From NCBI RefSeq assembly GCF_043950625.1, contig NZ_CP171007.1: a stretch of DNA of 32,000 nucleotides; one strand, given 5' to 3'. How positions within the stretch are numbered: the stretch's first letter is position 1; every line of letters starts with the position of its first letter. The notes under the pieces are model-generated. The model worked only from the letters and a program-made list of their open reading frames with translations, was not told the origin of the DNA and ran no database searches. Position numbers and translations under genes: made by a program. Source of the DNA: Alkanindiges sp. WGS2144 (lineage in GTDB: Bacteria; Pseudomonadota; Gammaproteobacteria; Pseudomonadales; Moraxellaceae). Of the stretch, positions 1 to 9,480 are shown in pieces.

Positions 1-258
1 AATTACAGAACCCGCAACAACTGGATATGGCGTAACGACCAAAACATCCAGTGGGTCACCATCTTCAGACAAGGTGTTTGGAATATAGCCATAATTTGCC
101 GGATAAAACATGGGTGTCCCCATGAAACGGTCTACAAACAAAGCATCAGACTCTTTGTCCACTTCATACTTGATTGGGTCATTGTTTGCAGGAATTTCAA
201 TGATTACATAAATATCATTGGGTGCATCTTTGCCGGGTGGAATGTTGTTGTAGCTCAT
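1..258 (-). CDS. ppa: inorganic diphosphatase, 5' part (gene runs off the left edge of the window)
   Basis: Absent from the ORF track because it is truncated. Minus-strand translation from ATG 258..256 gives [86 protein letters not shown]. This is colinear with the remembered E. coli Ppa N-terminus ([46 protein letters not shown]...). An in-frame ATG at 270 (MSDPMSY...) is an alternative start. Confidence 0.9.
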   Translation of the reverse strand, partial: MSYNNIPPGKDAPNDIYVIIEIPANNDPIKYEVDKESDALFVDRFMGTPMFYPANYGYIPNTLSEDGDPLDVLVVTPYPVVAGSVI

Positions 259-378
259 AGGATCACTCATTCAAAATATCTAAAAACAGGGGATGTGAAA
301 ATAGGGTGTTCAAAAAGTGTGGCGTATTATAACTGCACTTGCGCCGCGAGGCGATTTATTGCAGGGATTAAATGACTG

Positions 379-774
379 TTATATTCGGGCTGCCAGTAAC
401 AATAGCAATACCGGACACACCATGGACAGCAGCCATAACATACTACGCAAGGTTGCCAGATTGGCCAGATAAGCCAAACCATACAATAGTCTTAGTATCA
501 GATACGCCACACCTAAATTAAAGGTTAAAAAAGCCGGGGTAACCAGATACTCTGCGATCAGTACACTGGTTAAAAATAACGGCAGGCTTTCAAAACTGTT
601 TTGCTGTACCGCATGGGCACGAGCGGCAAGGCCTGTGGTTTGTGCCAGAAACTCACGCGGGTTTTGATTATCTCTGGGCTTGAAACCACCCGCCAGCTTG
701 GCAATCATGGTAAATACATAGGGCAGCAAGCAGGCTGTCAAAATAATATAAATGACTAAATGAAAGGAACTCAT
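379..774 (-). CDS. MAPEG-family membrane protein
   Basis: ORF 379..816, trimmed to ATG 774 (MSSFHLVIYIIL...). About 131 aa and hydrophobic with several TM segments. The motif NPREFLAQTTGLAARAHAVQQNSFESLPLF resembles bacterial MAPEG proteins. Family assignment is from memory. Confidence 0.65.
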   Translation of the reverse strand: MSSFHLVIYIILTACLLPYVFTMIAKLAGGFKPRDNQNPREFLAQTTGLAARAHAVQQNSFESLPLFLTSVLIAEYLVTPAFLTFNLGVAYLILRLLYGLAYLANLATLRSMLWLLSMVCPVLLLLLAARI

Positions 775-892
775 TGGCTTTTTGAATTTTGAAAAAACAG
801 CACAACCATAGCACAAGAATTTCTATAATGATGTGATTTTTTATCCACTCTGGTATTTTTGGTCTTTCATCTGAAATGGCAGGACATTTGGC

Positions 893-1300
893 GTGACTGA
901 TTTATCTCCTTCTCAGGCTCCTGAACCCTCGTTACAACAGGCGTTATTGCAAAGTCGTGCACAACAAAAACGCCTTAATAAAATTACTGTGATTACGGCG
1001 GTAATTATGGCGCTGCTGTTAAGCATGATCACTGCCAACCAGAATCTGTATTCTATTGTGGCAACGTTTGTGGTGGCCAGTGGCTGCTTTATTGCCGGCA
1101 GCGTTTATGGGCGCTCGCTGATGTTGCTCATCCCATTGATTATGATTTATTGTGTGCTGGATAATTATTTAAGCCATGATCTAATTTTTCATCACAAACG
1201 CTTTTTATTGCAGTTTGCTACGCTAATGATTTTCACTGCTATTTTTCATTTATCACGGCCTTATTTGCTCAACCTGCTGCGCAGCTTGCTGTCTAAATAA
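893..1300 (+). CDS. hypothetical small membrane protein
   Basis: 135-aa ORF with a GTG start and several hydrophobic helices (ITVITAVIMALLLSMI, LYSIVATFVVASGCFIAGSV, LMLLIPLIMIYCVL, LLQFATLMIFTAIF). A hairpin terminator follows. I recognise no family. Confidence 0.5.
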   Translation: MTDLSPSQAPEPSLQQALLQSRAQQKRLNKITVITAVIMALLLSMITANQNLYSIVATFVVASGCFIAGSVYGRSLMLLIPLIMIYCVLDNYLSHDLIFHHKRFLLQFATLMIFTAIFHLSRPYLLNLLRSLLSK

Positions 1301-1320
1301 TTCATCATTGAATAAAAAAC

Positions 1321-1348
1321 AGCCCATGTAAAGATGGGCTATTTTCTT
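1321..1348. terminator. bidirectional rho-independent terminator between convergent genes
   Basis: Stem AGCCCAT (1321-1327), loop GTAAAG, stem ATGGGCT (1334-1340). An A-run (AAAAAAC) lies before it and ATTTTCTT after it. It therefore has a U-tract on both strands, serving the 893..1300 gene (+) and fadD (-). Confidence 0.75.
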
Positions 1349-1368
1349 AGGCTTCATTCAGTCAGGGA

Positions 1369-3042
1369 TTATTTACGCAGATCCTTACGCAGAATTTTAC
1401 CCACGTTGGATTTTGGCAGTTCATCCATAAATTCAACGTATTTAGGACGCTTATAACCGGTCAGATTGTCTCTGGCATATGCCAGTACTTCTTCTTCGGT
1501 AAGGCTCGGGTCTTTCTTCACCACAAATAGCTTGGGCACTTCGCCACTCTTAGGATCAGCCACGCCAATGGCTGCTGCTTCCAGTACCTTTGGATGCTGG
1601 GTAACTACTTCCTCAATTTCGCTAGGATACACATTAAACCCGGACACTAAAATCATGTCTTTTTTGCGATCTACGATCTTGATGTAGCCGTTTTCATCCA
1701 TGACACCAATGTCACCGGTACGGAAAAAACCATCGCTAGTCATCACCTTGGCGGTTTCATCCGGGCGCTGCCAGTAACCACGCATTACCTGCGGGCCACG
1801 AATGGAAATTTCACCCTGCTCGCCAATGGCCAAATGGTTGCCGTCGTCATCCAGAATCGCCACATCAGTAGAAGACAACGGAATACCAATAGAACCACTG
1901 TAATCGGTATTGGTTGGCGGGTTAAAGGTTGCCACTGGTGAGGTCTCAGACAAGCCATAGCCTTCAATAATAGGTTTACCGGTAATACGCTTCCATGCTT
2001 CAGCAGTTGATGGCAATACTGCCATACCGCCGCCCATAGCAATTCTTAGCTTGCTAAAGTCCAGTTTCTGGAACTCGGCATTGTTTACCAGCGCATTAAA
2101 CAGTGTATTCACTGCTGGGAAGAACGTCGGCGGATACTTGCCCAGCTCTTTGGCCAGTCCTGGAATATCGCGTGGGTTGGGAATTAAAATATTGGTCACG
2201 CCAATATACATACCAAACATGGCACAAACCATAAAGGCAAAAATATGGTACAGCGGCAGCGCACAAATCATGTTTGCACCATCACTGTTAAAGCCTTCAT
2301 CAGTGGCCGTTTCAAAAATGGCTTCTACCTGCACCAGGTTACCCACCAGATTACGGTGAGTCAGCTCTGCACCTTTGGAAACGCCGGTCGTACCACCTGT
2401 ATATTGCAGTACTGCAGTATCATCCAGCGTAACCACAGGACGCTTGTAGGCATTGGCATTAAACTTGTTGAGCGCTGCTGTAAAGGAAACATGCCCTTTA
2501 ATATTCCAGGCAGGAACCTGCTTGCGCACATGACGTAGCACCATGTTAACAATCAGGCCTTTAACGGTGCCCAGCATATCACCCACACCAGTCACCAGCA
2601 CATGCTTGACGGGTGTTTTGCTAGCAATTTCCTGATAAACATGGGCAAAGTTTTCAAGAATAATCAGAACTTCAGCACCAGAGTCATTTAATTGATGTTC
2701 TAGCTCACGCGCGGTGTACAGTGGGTTAACGTTTACCAGCACCAGACCGGCACGCAAAATACCCAAAGCAGCAATCGGATATTGCAGCACGTTGGGCATC
2801 ATTACGGCAACACGGGCACCCTTGGCCAGATTCAGGGATTGCAGGTAGGCAGCAAACTGACGGCTTGCCTTGTCCAGTTCGGTAAAGGTTAATGCTTTAT
2901 CCATACAAATAAAGGCATCACGTGAACCAAACCGCTGAAAGTTACGTTCAAAAATATCAATGAGAGAGGTGTTATCAGCCGGCATAACGACTTGTTCTGG
3001 AATCCCCGCCGCTTTGTACGTCTTGTACCAAATATGATCCAT
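1369..3042 (-). CDS. fadD: long-chain-fatty-acid--CoA ligase (AMP-forming acyl-CoA synthetase)
   Basis: AMP-binding signatures YTGGTTGVSKGAELTH and GYGLSETSP, plus C-terminal PKSNVGKILRKDLR. ORF track start 3108 trimmed to ATG 3042 (MDHIWYKTYKAAGIPE...). That ATG is preceded by AGGAG (revcomp of 3054-3058). Confidence 0.92.
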   Translation of the reverse strand: MDHIWYKTYKAAGIPEQVVMPADNTSLIDIFERNFQRFGSRDAFICMDKALTFTELDKASRQFAAYLQSLNLAKGARVAVMMPNVLQYPIAALGILRAGLVLVNVNPLYTARELEHQLNDSGAEVLIILENFAHVYQEIASKTPVKHVLVTGVGDMLGTVKGLIVNMVLRHVRKQVPAWNIKGHVSFTAALNKFNANAYKRPVVTLDDTAVLQYTGGTTGVSKGAELTHRNLVGNLVQVEAIFETATDEGFNSDGANMICALPLYHIFAFMVCAMFGMYIGVTNILIPNPRDIPGLAKELGKYPPTFFPAVNTLFNALVNNAEFQKLDFSKLRIAMGGGMAVLPSTAEAWKRITGKPIIEGYGLSETSPVATFNPPTNTDYSGSIGIPLSSTDVAILDDDGNHLAIGEQGEISIRGPQVMRGYWQRPDETAKVMTSDGFFRTGDIGVMDENGYIKIVDRKKDMILVSGFNVYPSEIEEVVTQHPKVLEAAAIGVADPKSGEVPKLFVVKKDPSLTEEEVLAYARDNLTGYKRPKYVEFMDELPKSNVGKILRKDLRK

Positions 3043-3113
3043 GTTCAGTAACGCTCCTATTTCATTTGTCTGGCAGTCGCCTGCGCCAACGTTAAGCAAA
3101 ATGATCAATTAGG

Positions 3114-3142
3114 TTTAAACCAATTTATTGTCTTTGAGTCAA
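3114..3142 (-). promoter_or_regulatory. candidate sigma70 promoter for fadD
   Basis: On the minus strand: TTGACT (3142..3137), a 17-nt spacer, then TTTAAA (3119..3114). This would start transcription inside the over-extended ORF, which fits the 3042 start. Confidence 0.35.
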
Positions 3143-3206
3143 GAAAAGTTTTGGTTAACCAGTATACGCTTAAGATACTATTAATATTGATCGTTTACCC
3201 GTATTT

Positions 3207-5438
3207 TTATGCACTTTGCGGCCAGACAGTCTGCATATTGCTCACTTTTTGATAGCCACGAGGCAATAAATGGCCGCGTAACCCTCGTTTACCTATATAA
3301 TGGGCCAGATCATTGCCTTTAATACCCAAGGTTCGTGTCCCAACGCCAATGCTTAGGCCACACTGGCTATTGAGCACTACTATCGCCTGTATGGTTTCTC
3401 CTTTTTCCAGTGCCATTAGCTTATTGCCCTTGCCTTTGCTCATCACCGGCAAATCAGCCAGGGCAAAAATCAGCAAGCGCCCGCTGGAAGACAACACCGC
3501 CACCTGATCAGCCTGCTCAGGAATAGCAATTGCAGGTAATAGTTCAGCCCCTTCGCCCAGATTCACCAGGCCTTTACCTGCCTTGGCACTGGTATCCAGA
3601 TTGGCAAGGCTACTCACAAAACCATACCCCTGGGTACTGGCCAGTATTATGTTCTGCTGCTCATCACCCATCATCAGGTCAATAAACTGACTGCCAGCTG
3701 GCGGATTCAGGCGAGTCGTCAAAGGCTCGCCCAGACTGCGTGCCGATGGGAGGCTGCTGGCTGGCACAGCATAGCTACGACCTGTACTATCCAGCAGGAA
3801 AACCCGCTGATTGGACTTACCAGTACAGTGCGCCAGATACTGGTCTCCGGCACGATAATTAAGCTTCGATGCGTCAATTTCACCCTTGGCGGCACGTATC
3901 CAGCCCGCCTGTGATAGCACCACGGTAATGGCTTCAGCAGGAATTAAGTCACTTTCCTTGAGGGCAGTTGCTTCTTCACGTCGTACAATAGGCGAGCGGC
4001 GCTCATCACCATGGGTTTTGGCATCAGCCTGTAGTTCGTCAATAATCAGTGATTTTAACGATTCCGGATTGTCCAGCTGCTCACGAATTTTGCTGGCCAG
4101 AGCACTCAGTTCGTCCTGCTCACGGCGAATCTCCATTTCTTCGAGTTTTGCCAGATGACGCAGTTTAAGTTCCAAAATGGCTTCGGCCTGAATCTCATCA
4201 ATACCAAAATGCTGCATTAGTACTGGTTTGGGCTTGTCTTCTTCCCGGATGATTTTAATCACCGTGTCAATGTCCAGATAAGCAATTAAAAGTCCGGCCA
4301 AAATATGCAGGCGGCGCTCAATCTTATCCAGTTGAAAGCGCAAGCGGCGGCGCACGGTATCCTGCCGGATTGCCAGCCATTCCAGTAAAATCTGCCGAAT
4401 GGATTTCACCTGTGGACGACCATCCTGTCCGATCATATTCAGGTTAACGCGGTAACTGCTCTCTAAATCCGTGGTCGCAAACAGGTGACTCATCACTGCA
4501 TCGCTATCCACACGATTAGAACGCAGCTCAATCACCAGGCGGGTTGGGTTTTCATGATCCGATTCATCACGCAAGTCGGTGACCAAAGGCAGCTTTTTGG
4601 CCTGCATCTGGTCAGCAATCTGGGTCAGTACCTTATTGCCAGAGACCTGATATGGCAATGCTGTAATGATAATTTCATTCTTTTCAGTGGCATACACTGC
4701 ACGCATACGGTAACTGCCGCGCCCTGTGGTCTGGACTTTTAATAGCTCTTCCGGGCTGGAGATGATTTCTGCCCTGGTTGGCAAATCCGGCCCTGGAATA
4801 AAGTTTGCCAGTTTTTTGTCAGTCAAATCAGGGTTTTTTAGCAGGGCAATGGTGCCTTTTACTACTTCGCGCAGGTTGTGCGGCGGAATATCGGTGGCCA
4901 TACCCACCGCAATTCCAGTGGTGCCATTTAATAAAATATTGGGCAGGCGCGCAGGTAGTGTCACCGGTTCTTTAAGTGAGCCATCAAAGTTATCCTGCCA
5001 CTCAACCGTACCCTGCCCCAGCTCACTGAGCAGCACCTCACTATAGGCCGATAACTTGGCTTCGGTATAGCGCATGGCGGCAAAGGATTTGGGATCATCC
5101 GGCGAGCCCCAGTTACCCTGTCCAGCAATCAGCGGATAGCGGTAACTAAACGGCTGCGCCATCAACACCATGGCTTCATAGCAGGCACTGTCACCATGCG
5201 GATGATATTTACCCAGTACATCCCCCACGGTACGGGCTGATTTTTTGGGTTTGCCGCTGCTTTTTAGACCCAGCTCGCTCATGGCATACACAATGCGGCG
5301 CTGCACTGGCTTTAAGCCATCACTAATATGCGGCAGCGCCCGATCCATGATCACGTACATGGCATAATTTAAATAAGCCTGCTCGGTAAACTCGGCCACC
5401 GAACGGTTTTCTGTTGCGTGTTGTACAAAGCTTGTCAT
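3207..5438 (-). CDS. parC: DNA topoisomerase IV subunit A
   Basis: 743 aa. N-terminus [37 protein letters not shown]. Active-site tyrosine context [10 protein letters not shown]. No GyrA-box-like insert. The length and the nearby parE favour ParC over GyrA. Confidence 0.95.
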   Translation of the reverse strand: MTSFVQHATENRSVAEFTEQAYLNYAMYVIMDRALPHISDGLKPVQRRIVYAMSELGLKSSGKPKKSARTVGDVLGKYHPHGDSACYEAMVLMAQPFSYRYPLIAGQGNWGSPDDPKSFAAMRYTEAKLSAYSEVLLSELGQGTVEWQDNFDGSLKEPVTLPARLPNILLNGTTGIAVGMATDIPPHNLREVVKGTIALLKNPDLTDKKLANFIPGPDLPTRAEIISSPEELLKVQTTGRGSYRMRAVYATEKNEIIITALPYQVSGNKVLTQIADQMQAKKLPLVTDLRDESDHENPTRLVIELRSNRVDSDAVMSHLFATTDLESSYRVNLNMIGQDGRPQVKSIRQILLEWLAIRQDTVRRRLRFQLDKIERRLHILAGLLIAYLDIDTVIKIIREEDKPKPVLMQHFGIDEIQAEAILELKLRHLAKLEEMEIRREQDELSALASKIREQLDNPESLKSLIIDELQADAKTHGDERRSPIVRREEATALKESDLIPAEAITVVLSQAGWIRAAKGEIDASKLNYRAGDQYLAHCTGKSNQRVFLLDSTGRSYAVPASSLPSARSLGEPLTTRLNPPAGSQFIDLMMGDEQQNIILASTQGYGFVSSLANLDTSAKAGKGLVNLGEGAELLPAIAIPEQADQVAVLSSSGRLLIFALADLPVMSKGKGNKLMALEKGETIQAIVVLNSQCGLSIGVGTRTLGIKGNDLAHYIGKRGLRGHLLPRGYQKVSNMQTVWPQSA

Positions 5439-5519
5439 GGTTGTACCGTAACCTTAAGCGAATTAATTAAAAGCAAATCAGTCAAAAGCATAAACAAACG
5501 GAGGAAAAATTTTAAAAAG

Positions 5520-5879
5520 CTATACGGCTTTGGTTGAAGTCAGCCACTTGATCAGGCCCCAGATCAGCAGCAGGTTTAAAGCACCCAGCACATGCGCAAA
5601 GCCCTTTAAGCCTGGCTCACGAACGTGCCGCTGAAAATAACCCAGACTAAAGCCCAGGCAAGTCAGGGGAATGGCAGCCACAGCCAACAAAAACAGGGGA
5701 TTGGCACCGGTACTGCTACCGGCTATGCCAATCAGCGAGCCTTTATAAAACCCAATTAACCTCGGCGCAATTCCTGTGTCCTCGCCAGAATCTATAATGG
5801 CGTACAGGATGCCACAATAGCCCACCATCAGCAGCACACACCACAGTGGAATAATCAGGCCTAGCCACGCACTATTCAT
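5520..5879 (-). CDS. hypothetical 4-TM membrane protein
   Basis: 119-aa ORF, about four hydrophobic helices, AGGA about 9 nt upstream of the ATG. It lies 37 nt downstream of the ankyrin-repeat gene. No family recognised. Confidence 0.55.
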   Translation of the reverse strand: MNSAWLGLIIPLWCVLLMVGYCGILYAIIDSGEDTGIAPRLIGFYKGSLIGIAGSSTGANPLFLLAVAAIPLTCLGFSLGYFQRHVREPGLKGFAHVLGALNLLLIWGLIKWLTSTKAV

Positions 5880-5916
5880 ACGGTTTTCCTATGCGAATAG
5901 TACTAATAAAGCCCGT

Positions 5917-6459
5917 TTAACTGACCAGCTCCTTGCTCATTTTGGCGCCATGCTTACGCAGTAGTTCCAGCGTAGCACGTTCTTCTGGCAGGGACTCAAT
6001 CCAGTCAATCTGGTCAAAATCACAGTCAAAAAACAAATCACTGATGGATGACAAAATAGTCATACCGTCATCATCACGAGTGTTGGGATCAACCTCATGG
6101 GCCAGAAGGATTTTAACTACAGGTTCACATGCTGCACTGGCCGCATCCCATAAGGGGCCATATAACTCCTCACTATCCCATAGGTGCAGATTGGCACCTG
6201 CCGCAATCAAGGCCTGCAAAATATCAATATATGGCTTTAACTGGGTGCTCTTTTCTTCTTCACTTAAAGGATGGGCTGCTTCGTAGGCATCACAGATATT
6301 CTCCCACCAGTCAAACAGGCGATCACATAATTTGGATACCGGCGGCCCTACTTCCTCATCAATAAAATTGGGATCAAGCTGCTGCAACAATTGTTGAACC
6401 TGAGCTACATCCAGCTCATCAATGGCTTGTAATAGTGCTTTTTGCTGGGAATTTAACAT
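5917..6459 (-). CDS. ankyrin-repeat domain protein
   Basis: 180 aa, acidic, no signal peptide. ANK-like repeats are visible: ILQALIAAGANLHLWD, GPLWDAASAACEPVVKILLAHEVDPNTRDDDGMTIL, ATLELLRKHGAKM. Confidence 0.7.
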   Translation of the reverse strand: MLNSQQKALLQAIDELDVAQVQQLLQQLDPNFIDEEVGPPVSKLCDRLFDWWENICDAYEAAHPLSEEEKSTQLKPYIDILQALIAAGANLHLWDSEELYGPLWDAASAACEPVVKILLAHEVDPNTRDDDGMTILSSISDLFFDCDFDQIDWIESLPEERATLELLRKHGAKMSKELVS

Positions 6460-6515
6460 GGTGTCTTCATCATGGTTTTTAGGTTGTTAGCTTAACAGGC
6501 TATCGTAGCCAGTAC

Positions 6516-6543
6516 AAAAAAGCCCGACATCATTTGTCGGGCT
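6516..6543 (-). terminator. rho-independent terminator downstream of the HPF-like gene
   Basis: Minus-strand RNA: AGCCCGAC-AAATGAT-GTCGGGCT followed by TTTTTT. On the plus strand this is A-run 6516-6521 and stems 6521-6528/6536-6543. The U-tract exists on the minus strand only. Confidence 0.8.
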
Positions 6544-6552
6544 ACTCAGGTT

Positions 6553-6909
6553 TTATTCCTGGCTCAACTCTTGCCAGTTGGGCCGGGCCTGATGCCGCTG
6601 GTCATTTAACTTGCCCAAGTGATGGTTCAGTGAATGCTGTAGCTTTTCAATGGCTCCATCCAGTGCAAGGTCAACATTAGGTGCCTTATGGGTTACGCCA
6701 ATTGGCTTTAATCCCGCCAGCCGGGCCTCAATCGCACAGCGCTTGTCCCGTTCGCCCCCTTTTTCGGCATTTTCATCACTAAAGTGAACCTCAACATGCG
6801 TCAGCTTTTCACTATAACGATCAAATTTCTGGGTGAGTTGACTGCGAATATAGTCAGCCATTCTTGCTGTATTTTCAATATGCTTATCTGTACGGACTTC
6901 AATATTCAT
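6553..6909 (-). CDS. HPF/RaiA-family (ribosome hibernation factor-like) protein
   Basis: 118 aa. MNIEVRTDKHIENTARMADYIRSQLTQKFDRYSEKLTHVEVHFSDEN follows the HPF/YfiA pattern (MxIxIxG..I....L..Y...KL.KL.RY...I..V.V.L). GAGGA lies 11 nt upstream of the ATG. Family call is from memory. Confidence 0.6.
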   Translation of the reverse strand: MNIEVRTDKHIENTARMADYIRSQLTQKFDRYSEKLTHVEVHFSDENAEKGGERDKRCAIEARLAGLKPIGVTHKAPNVDLALDGAIEKLQHSLNHHLGKLNDQRHQARPNWQELSQE

Positions 6910-7321
6910 AATTCAAGGTTCCTCACTTGCATCTTACTTCTTCGCTCAAGAAGTGAATTTTCTGGTCAGTCTAAAGCGGCAGTGCGGTAACTTTACAGTG
7001 AATGTGCATGCTGCCTGCTGACCAAAACCCTTGTCCTGTTTCGCATGAGAACACTTTGAAGATAGCATGGAACCTTGCCTGAGCCAGGAGTATTTAGTCT
7101 AATTTCACCATTTGAAACAAATTAGGCCAGATTAAGTAAATGAATTGAAAAAAGTTAAACTTTACGTGAACTTAGGCTATTAAAACCTTGTATGCGATTT
7201 ACCTTATGATAGATCAGAAGATTAATCCCACTATACATAAGCAACACTAAGCGCACATTCATACGACTCGCTAGCCAGTCTGGCGTAACGCTACACCAGA
7301 TTAACTTGCACTGCGCCTATG

Positions 7322-9220
7322 CTAAAGCACAGTGACATCCACCAGATTACCTTTTTCTTCCAGCCAGCTTTTACGATCCGCAGCCCGCTTTTTGGCTAGC
7401 AACTTGTCCAGCAAGCCTGCGGTATGATGGCTATCGTCCAGATCAAGCTGTACCAGACGACGTGTGTTTGGATCCATAGTGGTCTCGCGCAATTGCAGGG
7501 GATTCATTTCTCCCAGACCCTTAAAGCGGGTAATTTGGGGCGAACCACGTCCTTTTATTTTTTTTAGGGTCTGCTCAAGCTCTTCGTCATCCAGCGCATA
7601 GTGCACTTCCTTGCCAGCATCAATACGGTATAGGGGCGGCATAGCTACATATAGGTGTCCCTCTTCTACCAATGCCGGAAAGTGCCGCACAAACAGCGCA
7701 CACAGCAAGGTCGCGATATGCAGACCATCCGAATCCGCATCAGCCAGAATACACACCTTGCCATAGCGCAACTCGGACAAATCATCACTACCCGGGTCTA
7801 CTCCAATGGCAATGGCAATATCATGTACTTCCTGCGAAGCCAGTACTTCATCAGATGATACTTCCCAGGTATTTAAAATCTTGCCCCGTAGCGGCATGAT
7901 GGCCTGAAAATTACGATTCCTTGCCTGCTTTGCACTACCACCTGCCGAATCACCCTCAACCAAAAACAGCTCGGTTTCCTCACGGGTTATCCCGGCACAA
8001 TCTGCCAGCTTACCCGGCAAGGCAGGGCCTGCGGCAATTTTTTTGCGCTCGACCTTTTTTGCGGCTTTGAGGCGACGGCCTGCACGATCAATAGCCAGCT
8101 CAGCCAGCTGGGTAGCTACTTCAGGATTCTGGTTTAGCCATAGTGAAAAAGCATCTTTACTGATGTTTTGTACAATACCAGCAGCTTCACGACTGGATAG
8201 GCGCTCCTTGGTCTGCCCAGAGAACTGTGGTTCCTGAAACTTGAGCGATAAAATAAAATTCACCCCATCCCAAACGTCATCGCCAGTTAACTTGAGATTA
8301 CGCGCGAGCAGATTATGCAGCTCACAAAACTCGCGCAAGGCATCGGTAATCCCAGAGCGCAGGCCATTGACATGGGTACCGCCTTGCGCAGTTGGAATCA
8401 GGTTCACATAGCTTTCCTGGACAACGCTGTTTTGTAAAGAGCCGCCCTCACTATTCCAGCAAATGGCAAACTCGCAGTGTGCCCGCTCTACACTAGCAGT
8501 GGTAACAAATGGCTCAGCTGGAATAATCTCACGCCCTTCCAGCTCGTCTTTTAGGTAATCCAGCAAGCCATTTTCAAACTGCCAGACTATTTTCTCGCCA
8601 CTATCTTCATCATAAAAACTGACCTTTAGGCCAGCAGCCAGCACAGCCTTGGCTTTTAAGGCATGTTTTAAGGCGCGCAGGGAGAACTTGGCACTGTCAA
8701 AATATTTACTTTCCGGCCAAAACCGCACCAGGGTTCCGGTCTGGCGTTTGGGTACGGCTTTTTCCTGTACCTGCAAGCCGCCAACTGCTTCACCCTGCTC
8801 AAAGCTCATCTGGTACAAATTGCCCTGACGCTGCACACTGACCTCTACCCGGCTGGACAGCGCATTAACCACTGAAATACCCACGCCATGCAGACCGCCG
8901 GAAAACTGGTAATTGCTGGTAGAAAACTTACCACCAGCATGCAACTTGGTTAAGATAATTTCAATCCCGCTTTGACCATATTCAGGGTGAATATCCACCG
9001 GCATACCCCGGCCATTGTCCTGCACTGCCAGCGAACCATCTTTATATACAGTAACGCTGACTTCATTGGCATGCCCGGCCAGCGCCTCATCCACAGCATT
9101 GTCGATCACTTCCTGCGCCAGATGATTGGGGCGGGTCGTATCGGTATACATGCCGGGGCGGCGACGCACCGGATCAAGACCCGACAGCACTTCCAGCGAT
9201 TGCGCGGTATATTGACTCAC
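7322..9220 (-). CDS. parE: DNA topoisomerase IV subunit B
   Basis: Colinear with E. coli ParE throughout: LSGLDPVRRRPGMYTDTTRPNHLAQEVIDNAVDEALAGHA, GLHGVGISVVNALS, LVEGDSAGGSAKQARNR, ILADADSDGLHIATLLCALF. The longest ORF starts at ATG 9265. I prefer GTG 9220 (VSQYTAQSLEVL..., AGGA upstream) because homologues begin there. The start is uncertain by 45 nt. Confidence 0.95.
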   Translation of the reverse strand: MSQYTAQSLEVLSGLDPVRRRPGMYTDTTRPNHLAQEVIDNAVDEALAGHANEVSVTVYKDGSLAVQDNGRGMPVDIHPEYGQSGIEIILTKLHAGGKFSTSNYQFSGGLHGVGISVVNALSSRVEVSVQRQGNLYQMSFEQGEAVGGLQVQEKAVPKRQTGTLVRFWPESKYFDSAKFSLRALKHALKAKAVLAAGLKVSFYDEDSGEKIVWQFENGLLDYLKDELEGREIIPAEPFVTTASVERAHCEFAICWNSEGGSLQNSVVQESYVNLIPTAQGGTHVNGLRSGITDALREFCELHNLLARNLKLTGDDVWDGVNFILSLKFQEPQFSGQTKERLSSREAAGIVQNISKDAFSLWLNQNPEVATQLAELAIDRAGRRLKAAKKVERKKIAAGPALPGKLADCAGITREETELFLVEGDSAGGSAKQARNRNFQAIMPLRGKILNTWEVSSDEVLASQEVHDIAIAIGVDPGSDDLSELRYGKVCILADADSDGLHIATLLCALFVRHFPALVEEGHLYVAMPPLYRIDAGKEVHYALDDEELEQTLKKIKGRGSPQITRFKGLGEMNPLQLRETTMDPNTRRLVQLDLDDSHHTAGLLDKLLAKKRAADRKSWLEEKGNLVDVTVL

Positions 9221-9413
9221 TTGATTTGATCCTGTAACAAATTTATCTATGCATGAACAGAGCACTACTGTCCTGTCGGCAGCCTTTATACCTCAATAAC
9301 CACCAGCCACTGTTGTCATCATATTTTTTATATCTTTTTAAATAAACTATTTTGCTGGTTCTTCTGGCATTGACACTTCCTATGGTCAAGCAAGTAGCAC
9401 CCGCCATTCTGCC

Positions 9414-9443
9414 AAAATACCGGCGACAATTTCATCGTGTCAA
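9414..9443 (-). promoter_or_regulatory. candidate sigma70 promoter for parE
   Basis: On the minus strand: TTGACA (9443..9438), an 18-nt spacer, then TATTTT (9419..9414). A GCTGGC/GCCAGC hairpin (9446-9462) sits just upstream, after the yqiA stop. Confidence 0.3.
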
Positions 9444-9480
9444 GCGCTGGCTGCTTGCCAGCACCACATAATAAGGCTAA

